In this document: piece after piece, positions 54,005 to 64,000 of the stretch
Layout: every line of letters starts with the position of its first letter
Position numbering within the stretch: the stretch's first letter is position 1
Position numbers and translations under genes: made by a program
Assembly (NCBI GenBank): GCA_012295275.1
Contig: CM022678.1
Location: 8,556,001 to 8,620,000, forward strand
DNA length: 64,000 bases
Reading direction: 5' to 3'
Origin: Chrysomallon squamiferum
Lineage: Eukaryota > Animalia > Mollusca
The notes under the pieces: generated by a model
Databases searched by the model: none
What the model saw: only the letters and a program-made list of their open reading frames with translations
Told to the model about the DNA's origin: nothing

Positions 54005-57000
54005 AAAAGCAGTCATATTTATTCTTAAAAACAAGCACCCCCCCCCTGAAACCACCACCTGAAAAAAAAAAAACAATTGCTCAGGGTTAAAAATTAAGGT
54101 TTAAATGAAACAGATATTTTATTTTATTTTATTTTATTTTTTTTTTTTTTTATTATTATTATTATTTTTACTAACAGGCCTTTTTCTGAGGAGAACGGAT
54201 TCTGTTGTGTATTTACATAATTTATTTATTTTGTTAGGCAAAATATACACAGAGGACTCGAATGTCTCCGTTTATTCGGCCGAAATGATCCGAAAAGTCT
54301 CGATCAGTTTTACTATACTGGGTCAGCGAGACTCTCTGTTTTGTTTATCAAGACTACAGTTAACTCCATCCGGTCTGGAAAGTTAGTGGAAGTTCATTCC
54401 ATGGCACGTGGAGTTGTTAGGATTTGTTTGTAAATATTTTTCACAGGATTGATCATTTTACTTTGACATTGGACTAATTAAAGACTCCAGGATTCCAATG
54501 AGGTAAACATATAGATTTCAATTAATTCATTTTTAAGTGCACAATATGAATATCTCATTATCTGAATATGAATATGATATCAATATTATGAATATCACAT
54601 ATTGAATATGTCAATTACTCAATCGCAGTCTTAAATTGACCCGAAATCAACACAGAAATAAATATTAATGATATAACATGTCTACTGAATAAAACATTAA
54701 AAAAAAAAAAAAAAAATTAAAAGATGAGAAAATAAAATTTCTGACAGTTACACATGTTTAAACAAGGAAAATAATAATACAGAGTATGATTTATATCTGT
54801 ATTAAGTTTTAATGCTTTTGGATATAAAAGAAATACTGTGATACAGATCATGCATATACAGAAAACAAAAGATAAAAAATAATATAGCATTCTATTTTGT
54901 TAAATTAATTTTAGAAAAGAAAGTACATTATAATAACTTGGTTAATGTAATTAATAGTAATGTGTAATGGTAGTGAGAAAAGAAATTTGTAAATAATTAT
55001 ATTCCAGAAAGATAATAGCAAATAGGGCAACAGTTTAATTCTATGTAATTCGTAATACGCCATACTTTGGATACGGTAAAATAGACCACGTGGAACTGAC
55101 CTATCCTGAAATAAATTCCTATGCGCAACATGTCCTCTCAAGATAAGAAAAGTACCACAGTACTTTACTAATACCCGTAAATTAAACGTCTTGGAAATTT
55201 TATACGTTGTTAATACATTTTGACATAACAAAATCGTATTGTGGAGTATATTTCTTGTTATTTTACCAAAGTACTTTACGCTTATATATATCATTAGAAA
55301 GAGCAAAAAATTACTACCAAAATGACACGAAGATCTCTGATAGCATTGATAAATTATATAAAAATGTTATATTAAATAAAACAAGAGAGTGCAGTGGAAA
55401 ATTACACATCCCCCCCCCCGGATATTCATTGTAAGACAAATGAAAACACCAGGAGGGAAACACTGAAATAAAGGCAGCGAACAATTCCAGCTGCTGTGAA
55501 AGCAGTGAACGATAAATCCAGTGAATAATTTATCGCACGTCAGTTCTTTCAAACAAATAGTTCGCAGTTTCAATAAAAGTTTAAATTTTAAAGGTATGAA
55601 ACATGCTCACTTTTATTATTAAAAAAAGCATACGTGTTTGAAAACTGTAGCAAAATTAAAATTCCAAATATGTAATGCAATTTATTTTAGAAATATGGTG
55701 TTTGTTATGTATCATTCCTCATCGGACATATTGTTCACTAGCTCAGTTTTATACTTTCTGTTTACTATATTCTTAATCACCATTTCTAATCTTTTTATTT
55801 CCAGATATATCAGATATATTTACCTCATTTTTGATCATTTTTGATAATGAGCAAATTTGTCTTATTTGTAGATCCCAGTGGTTCCTTTTCGAGACTGGTT
55901 ATAAAAAGTAGATGGCAGCAGAAGTCTGTTAATGATAAGAATCTATTTCAAGAATCAAAGCCATTCACGTAAGTTTAAAGTTAATCCTATTTCAAATAGT
56001 GTATCATAATCTTATGTCTGGCTATTGAAAATACATTTAACAACAAAGGTCTTAACTGTTAGGGATGCTTCTATAAATGGACTGTATAAACCACTTCAGT
56101 TGCGACTAACAGACACTTAAATGCTATAACATAAATAATTGTATATCATCTAATCCATAATAAGAGCACATTTAGAAAATGCATGGACATGTGCATCAAG
56201 AAACTTGGTTTAAGGACATTGGGTTTTTTCCAGAGTGTGCACCTGTAAGTCGTCATTGGCAATATTGAACTTCTTTTTCCAGACAGAACTAAATGTTGTG
56301 ACATAAATCTGTGTATGAGGCCTAAACCATATTAGTACCTAGTATTAATTATCACATTGATATTTGTAATTTAGACACAATCTTAAGAACGATGTTGCTT
56401 AAATCTGATAGATGGTGTATTTAAATAAATTATTGAATACACTGAATAAGATATTTTATTATCATTATTATTTTCTTTTTTCTTTTAAAAAAAAAATAAT
56501 AATGAATAATAAAGTGGAATTAAGTTAAATCTAGATTGACATAACTATGATTTGCACAAATGGCCTTTGAGGTTCAAGGTATTAGAAAAAAAAAGTAATA
56601 CAAACAGTATTTACTTTTTTATTACAAAGTGTCTTGATATGGGTGACAAAATGTATAGCAAAGCCTTCATAATTGTAAATAGAAAAAAAAAACACAATAC
56701 AAATATTACATAATTTATTATATTCTCAACAAATCACAAGTGTGACAGTTCATTTAATTTGTATTTGAATTTTTCTGCTGATGATCTGAGACAAAACTGA
56801 TTCTCTTCAGGAAGCAGCAAAATTTATGAACAGCAAACACATTCTGAAACAAATGTTTGTCCCTTGATGAATAATTAATTAATTGATAAGCTTGGATTTT
56901 TCAAAAGAAATACAAATTAAACTAAAGCAAAGTGAAATGATGACTAAATAAAGTTTAGCAAAAAAAAAAACCCTTAGTTTTACAACTTTTTCATTTCTTA

Positions 57001-57140
57001 TTTATTTATTTTCTTATTTTTTTATTTCTTCTTCTTCTTCTTCTTCTTATTATTATTTTTTTTTTTTTTTGCATGACAATGCATGTGACACTAAATAAAT
57101 ATATAAATAAATACATAAATAAATAAATTAATTTTTTTTT

Positions 57141-57173
<33 letters not shown>

Positions 57174-59724
57174 TTTTTTTTTTTTTTTTTTTTTTTGATA
57201 TGTCTCTACTGGTTATTACACATTTATGTTGGAATTGAAAAGGAAAAACAATAGCAAACACTTGATCATACAGTTACTGCTAATGACAACATGGCTCATT
57301 AACCAATTGATAACTCTTTGACGTAATGGTTCTAAAAGTTCACTGGAAATGTTTGCTAGCTTCACTTTAGTGAGGGAAACAGCTGAAAGAACAGTCGGAA
57401 ACGGAACTGCAATTTTCTGGAAGTAGTGACATAGGTATGGTAGATATGTGTCATTTTTGCTTTTGTACTTTTTCAGTGTGCTTCATTTCTGACATTTTGC
57501 AGCACAAACACTGAATATTTCATATAGCTTCAGTCGACTGTATTATATATCAAAATGAAACATTTTATGAGCTCTAAACCTGTACTGTAGTTTTAAACAA
57601 GTTGCTAAAACTCATGAATTTAAATTAATTAATTAGTCAAAGTAATCAGCTGAAATTTAACGTACACTAATTATGTAATTCTCTAAAACTCCATAGAAAT
57701 TAAACAAAAGTACAAAAACATCATACTTCAAGACTTATGAATTGCAGGGATCTTTACATACTCAAGTATTCTGCTAATTTTTTTTTTTTTTTGCCGGTTA
57801 ATTGGTAGCATTAATTAGTGTTAATTTGCTATATGCCTTCATTATAACATTGTAAGATTTCTTAAAAATCAAATCTGTGCATGAATTACATTTGAAAATG
57901 GATTGTTTTTACACAATGAGTAGCATCATCATTAATCATACCATATATTCCTTGCATATTATTTGTACATTATTTATGTTTTGTGAAACTAAATTTATAC
58001 AGACAGTTTCTTTTTCTTTTCTTTCTTTATTTGGTTTTGTTACAAATGGACATTACATATTAAATAGTAACATTTCTACATTGTATATGTAACTTTAAAA
58101 ATAAGTACTCAAGTAATTTTCTCTAACACACACACACACACACACATCATAGTTGATTCATACACAATATAAAAAAATATCTGATAAATTATTTCATCAA
58201 CTTTATCTTATTTTCACAAAATCATTAAAACAAAACTGAAATATACAATGTTGTTACGTTGTTTTGTTAGTTGTTGTTGTTGTTTTTCTAAATTAGGATT
58301 GAACCTACAGATTATTAAGTCTCACACTTGTTTTCAAAAGACTGAGCTGAAACTTTACAAACCACTACATGAAAGTTTGGGTTATGTCTGATAATTAAAC
58401 TTAGTATTTATAATGGACCAAATGATTTTACTTGACATAGAAGTTTAATTTACTGGTTGTTTTAGGGCTGATTTTGTTAATGTAGTAAAAAAAAAAAGAA
58501 GAAGAAAAGTGTCAGGTTCATCTGTAGTAATACATTTTTGCAAATTTGTTTTTTTCCTTCAGTCTGGTTCTATTTCATGGATCATAAAAATGCTAGAGAA
58601 TAAAAAAAATCATTTTAACTCACTCAGAAGTAAAAGAAATTTAGGTTACTTCACCTTTCACAGGACAGAGCCAAAATTTGCATATCTGACTGAAACCAGA
58701 ATTAAATAGAACACATGGATTTTGTAATCTTTTCTTAATGAAAGTAATATTTTGATTTTGTTTTGTGGGGTGGAATTGGACAAGTTTTTTATCTCCTATT
58801 CTGTTTGTTACATGGTTGTAGGTGTATAATAACAAATGTTTAAATTTCAGAACCGGCGAACAATGTGCTGAGCAGTGGAATGTCATCTAACACCTCTCAG
58901 TCTGATCCTGTATGTTTCTTTTCTGTAAATATTATTTTAAAATATTACTGAAACACACACTTGTGCATGCACATGTACACTCAAATACATGCATGCAGAC
59001 ATACACACATACATGTAGACACAGACACATACATACACATCCTCCTCCTCACTCTTTGTCCCCCCCACACCTTACATTTTCTTTCTTCCACTCTGTCTTT
59101 CTCTTTCTCACACATACACAAACCATAAATACAAATACATAGAGACAGACATAAAAACATAACCAAAGCCAAACAGACATACACGCACAAATACAGATGT
59201 TAATTTCAGATGCAAATAATTAACACATTACTGGAAAAGAGTGGAGAAGTATTTACATTAAAATTCAAAACAAATTCCATGTGAAACATTGTAATGTTTC
59301 AATTTCATTAAAATCTTATTTTATTTTTATTTTTTCTTTATTATTATTATTACTGTTGTTGTTGCTGTTAACATCGTTCCTGCTGTTGTTGTTGTTTCAG
59401 TCTGAGGGAGCAGTTTCAGGTCAGCCTGAGCCCACAGACACAGGACAAGAACCTAGAACTGCGGAAAGCCCAACAGATTTCCCAGGGACCAGTGCAAATG
59501 TTGTAAGAATTGTTTTAGTTTAATATTTTTTTTATTAATCTTATTTTGGGTTAATAAAACTATTGTTATGACACTGGGTTAATTAAACAATATTGCTATA
59601 ACACTGGGTTAATTAAACAATTTTGTTACAATATTGTGTTAGAAAAATTTCAACTTCTATTCCAGAAATATTGTTTTTATAAATGGTTTGTATTTGGTCA
59701 GTTTACCTATTTAGATAAATTTAT
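49670..59724. repeat. Right arm of the large inverted duplication
   Basis: Reverse complement of about 18336-29977 with scattered substitutions and several deletions; high identity stops just before the exon C acceptor. Confidence 0.95.
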
Positions 59725-61152
59725 GTTGTATATGACCTGGCTCAAATTTGCTTCTGTATTTTTGGAAACTTGGCTTACTCTCCAGTGTGTTTTGTACTTT
59801 TTTTTCCTTTCAACATCGCTAATCCTTAATATTGTTATTGCAGTTATTATTGATATATATATTTTAATGTATTTCATAATGAATCAACTTCAGTGTGTGT
59901 GTATGTATGTGTGTGTGTGTTAGAAAGAATTACACGAGTATTTATAATTAAAATTAGATGTACAATGTAAGAAATATGTTACTATTTGATATCTTCTGTC
60001 CATTTGTAAGAAAATTGACTGAATATTTACAGTTAAAATAGAAAAGTGGATAGATGTAATCCTATATCTATGAATATAATTACAGATAACCATAACACAG
60101 AAAAAAGTGAAGAACAGGAGGATTTTGTACGTGGCCCTATTATTCATGGAATTGAAAGCAATCCTACGGCCATTGAAATTAATCCTGGAACTAATACAGA
60201 ACATGTGATGAAGATAGTGAGTTACTATAAATAAATAAAGCATTTAATTTCCACTGGTTAGTCAATCAAGAGGCATAGAAAAGTGTTTTATTTATTAAAA
60301 TAGTCCTTTCATTGAATTTCCTCTTGTGTACTTTGATTTTATAGGAAATGCTTTCTTGTACTTAACCATACCACTTGGTAAAATTTGTGGAATAGAGATT
60401 TTGTTTATGATTTATTTTTTTATTCATTCCTTTATTCATTTGTTATTAATAATTTTATTCATAGACTGATATCACCCTTTATTTATCTATACTCTTCATT
60501 CATTCCTTTTTTAATATCCATCCATTTATTCGGTGATTTTCATTCATTAATGTCATGACTGCAGTGTAATAATTTGAATTTCAGATTTCACTTGGAGAAT
60601 ATAACAGAAATGAAGGTGAATGTATGTTGGATTTAAGAGATTCCGAAGGCCTTTCCCAACTGCTTTGAATTAGAATTGACCAAAGTAACGTCTATCTTCA
60701 CATGGAAATAGTTAAGCCAGGTAAACTTTTATTTTTTATTATTAATATTTTTTTTTTTTTTTTTTTTGAATTACTCTTCTGCCTGTGCTATCCAGAAACA
60801 TTATAGATCAAATGTACACACAAGTACTACTATACCTGTTTCGTTTTTATCATTTTATAGTCAACTGCAGATAATAAACTTAGGTATAGGTATAATTTTA
60901 TTAATTGGCTAATTACAAATACATTTAATTATGGCTGCATGAAATTTTTGATGCTAGTTCAGAAAGTAAGTAATGCAACATAAATCAGTGTAAAAAAAGA
61001 AATTCAAATCACAGTATATCATGCATGAAGATACAAAATGTCTTTAGTGTTAAATAAAATATTAGTTCTTATCAGAACTATTTTCATACTGATTTTTGTC
61101 AAAGCACATATTTGCATATTCTTTCATTCTATTTCATTTTAGTTTTTATTTC

Positions 61153-61205
<53 letters not shown>

Positions 61206-61354
61206 ATATTCAGCAAACACACTGAAAGACATCTTGGAGAAGTATGTAATACATGCAGATTGTCACCTAATGTTTGCTCTCCACAATTTCAAAGGTTTAC
61301 TCAATACAGTCAGAAGGATGCATAAAAAGAACTGGAGTCACGGAGACCTGCATA
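58590..61354 (+). pseudogene. Second, highly diverged copy of the NIK/COT-like kinase gene (G-loop lost, nonsense codon); probably continues beyond the window
   Basis: Exons 58590-58629 (start), 58851-58909 (A), 59401-59502 (B), no exon C, 60086-60216 (..EDFVRGPIIHGIESNPTAIEINPGTNTEHVMKI), 60585-60720 (ISLGEYNRNEGECMLDLRDSEGLSQLL*IRIDQSNVYLHMEIVKP, TGA at 60666), 61214-61354 (ANTLKDIL...VRRMHKKNWSHGDLH). A further acceptor (ttttcag) ends at 63997. Confidence 0.8.
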
Positions 61355-61426
61355 GTTTGAAGCATTTTTAATTACTTAGCATATTTACACAGTCCTTAGA
61401 ATCCCCAAATAGATCTTATTAAGTAG

Positions 61427-63041
61427 CATCTGACAGTTATTGAGTTATGCAGATATTTCTGTTCCTGTTAACATTCTGTTGATACAACTCCCCATCTGAC
61501 AGTTATTGAGTTATGCAGATATTTCTGTTCCTGTTAACATTCTGTTGATACAACTCCCATCTGACAGTTATTGAGTTATGCAGATATTTCTGTTCCTGTT
61601 AACATTCTGTTGATACAACCCCCATCTGACAGTTATTGAGTTATGCAGATATTTCTGTTCCTGTTCATTGTTAACAACTCCCATCTGACAGTTATTCTTA
61701 TGCAGATATTTTTGTTGATATACAACTCCCATCTGACAGTTATTGAGTTATGCAGATATTTCTGTTCCTGTTAACATTCTGTTGATACAACTCCCATCTG
61801 ACAGTTATTGAGTTATGCAGATATTTCTGTTCCTGTTAACATTCTGTTGATACAACTCCCATCTGACAGTTATTGAGTTATGCAGATATTTCTGTTCCTG
61901 TTAACATTCTGTTGATACAACTCCCATCTGACAGTTATTGAGTTATGCAGATATTTCTGTTCCTGTTAACATTCTGTTGATACAACTCCCCATCTGACAG
62001 TTATTGAGTTATGCAGATATTTCTGTTCCTGTTAACATTCTGTTGATGACATGACAGTGTTATTGTTGTTAACATTCTGTTGATACAAAATGTGTCTGAC
62101 AGTTATTGATTATGCAGATATTTCTGATTCCATTCTGTTGATACAACTCCCCATCTGACAGTTATTGAGTTATGCAGATATTTCTATTCCTGTTAACATT
62201 CTGTTGATACAACTCCCATCTGACAGTTATTGAGTTATGCAGATATTTCTGTTCCTGTTAACATTCTGTTAAAAAAACATTCAGATATTTCTATTCCTGT
62301 TAACATTCTGTTGATACAACCCCCATCTGACAGTTATTGAGTTATGCAGATATTTCTGTTCCTGTTAACATTCTGTTGATACAACTCCCCATCTGACAGT
62401 TATTGAGTTATGCAGATATTTCTGTTCCTGTTAACATTCTGTTGATACAACTCCCATCTGACAGTTATTGAGTTATGCAGATATTTCTGTTCCTGTTAAC
62501 ATTCTGTTGATACAACTCCCATCTGACAGTTATTGAGTTATGCAGATATTTCTGTTCCTGTTAACATTCTGTTGATACAACTCCCATCTGACAGTTATTG
62601 AGTTATGCAGATATTTCTGTTCCTGTTAACATTCTGTTGATACAACTCCCATCTGACAGTTATTGAGTTATGCAGATATTTCTGTTCCTGTTAACATTCT
62701 GTTGATACAACTCCCATCTGACAGTTATTGAGTTATGCAGATATTTCTGTTCCTGTTAACATTCTGTTGATACAACTCCCATCTGACAGTTATTGAGTTA
62801 TGCAGATATTTCTGTTCCTGTTAACATTCTGTTGATACAACTCCCATCTGACAGTTATTCAGTTATGCAGATATTTCTATTCCTGTTAACATTCTGTTGA
62901 TACAACTCCCCATCTGACAGTTATTGAGTTATGCAGATATTTCTGTTCCTGTTAACATTCTGTTGATAAAACTCATCTGACAGTTATTGAGTTATGCAGA
63001 TATTTCTGTTCCTGTTAACATTCTGTTGATACAACTCCCAT
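61427..63041. repeat. 65-bp intronic minisatellite, about 25 copies
   Basis: Unit catctgacagttattgagttatgcagatatttctgttcctgttaacattctgttgatacaactcc; a few copies are degraded. Confidence 0.98.
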
Positions 63042-63489
63042 GTCCCTAGATTGTGTGGCTGTAAAAATGTGTCTAATTAAAACCACTGAAAATTCAGACT
63101 AAACTTAACTATATGAATAGAGATTAGAGAAACTTTTTAGAAAAACATCAATGTATGTAAATAAAATTTTATTTTTATTATAATCGTTTTTACTGAAGCA
63201 TTTTTAAGTCTGACAAAAAAAAAAAAAAAAAAAATTATTACAAAGAAAATTTTCAGTGGCAACTCAAAAGTGAGTAATGCAATTTAATCCCCGATTTGAT
63301 TCATAAGATCTCATTTTCAGCATCAAGCACTGTCAGTTTTATAAAACAGATAATCTATTTCGTAAATGTGATTTTATCTTTAGATTTAAAAATAAAGTTG
63401 ATTGAACTAATTGTTTCAACCATATCAGTGAAAAGATTAAAAAATAGAAAATGTTTCATAAAAGAAATAAGAACAGCAGACTGAACGTG

Positions 63490-63630
63490 ATCTTTTTGTA
63501 TTTGTCATCTTTTTGTATTTGTCATCTTTTTGTGTTTGTCATCTTTTTGTGTTTGTCATCTTTTTGTATTTGTCATCTTTTTGTATTTGTCATCTTTTTG
63601 TGTTTGTCATCTTTTTGTGTTTGTTATCTT
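63490..63630. repeat. 17-bp tandem repeat (atctttttgt(a/g)tttgtc), about 8 copies
   Basis: Directly visible; it expands the single atcttttgtattt motif of the left copy (about 5962-5974, minus strand). Confidence 0.9.
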
Positions 63631-64000
63631 TTCAAAGATGTATTTTTGATGATAAAAAAATTAAAAAATATCATCAGTAATTATTATTACCTTCTTTGTT
63701 GATGACACTCTTATTGTTGTTGCTGTTATTAATAATATTGCTTTTGTTTCTCATTTTTACAACTATTATTTTTTCTTTTGTTACTCATCATACTAAAGCA
63801 ATGTACAATCTGTATTTAATATATGTTCAAACTTCCACTTGACAGTTTAATGGTTTCTTCAGTGTTGTTGAAGAAATTGTTCTTACATTGTTGTATCTAC
63901 ATAGGTATGATAAATTGATCGGATAATACTGTAACATAGTCCAGAAAAAGCAGTGCAATGTTAAAGACTTAAATTAATGTTTTATTTCCATTTTCAGGTG

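Noticed and set aside
60666-60668. TGA read as selenocysteine or readthrough (also 27146)
   Set aside because: It aligns to Leu in the paralog, no SECIS can be shown, and the CAMSAP twin has TAA at its equivalent site; simple nonsense mutations are more likely.
61427-63041. CRISPR-like appearance of the 65-bp array (also the 76-bp and 51-bp arrays)
   Set aside because: Head-to-tail units with no unique spacers, no cas genes, and a eukaryotic intron context.

Overview
This is AT-rich, microsatellite-rich eukaryotic DNA with GT-AG introns; a mollusc or other lophotrochozoan is likely, but that is inference. A 200-N scaffold gap lies at 29978-30177. Most ORF-track entries are spurious, and the real genes had to be rebuilt by hand from splice sites. 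(1) A minus-strand multi-exon gene (19639 to 2326) encodes a divergent NIK(MAP3K14)/COT(MAP3K8)-like kinase (GKGSEG, VVK, HGDIHARN, DYG; no activation loop or APE). Its N-terminus is built from six tandem 1.91-kb genomic units, each a phase-symmetric 3-exon/75-aa cassette. (2) An inverted second copy of this locus lies on the plus strand (57.4-64 kb), with a partial single cassette and a nonsense codon. (3) Two inverted, internally deleted CAMSAP/patronin pseudogene copies each sit head-to-head with a kinase copy; the right one retains the CKK-domain exons. (4) A coiled-coil + NHL beta-propeller (TRIM-like, no RING/B-box) gene carries a 5x24-aa repeat. (5) There is a LINE 3' fragment and several mini/microsatellites. 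The strongest signal is that duplicated kinase-gene introns are about 85-97% identical while the exons they flank are highly diverged (one exon is 51% nt, 24% aa by hand count). This pattern appears three separate times and suggests a hypervariable, possibly immune-related kinase/pseudokinase family. Caveat: the arms lie on opposite sides of a scaffold gap and could be uncollapsed haplotypes.
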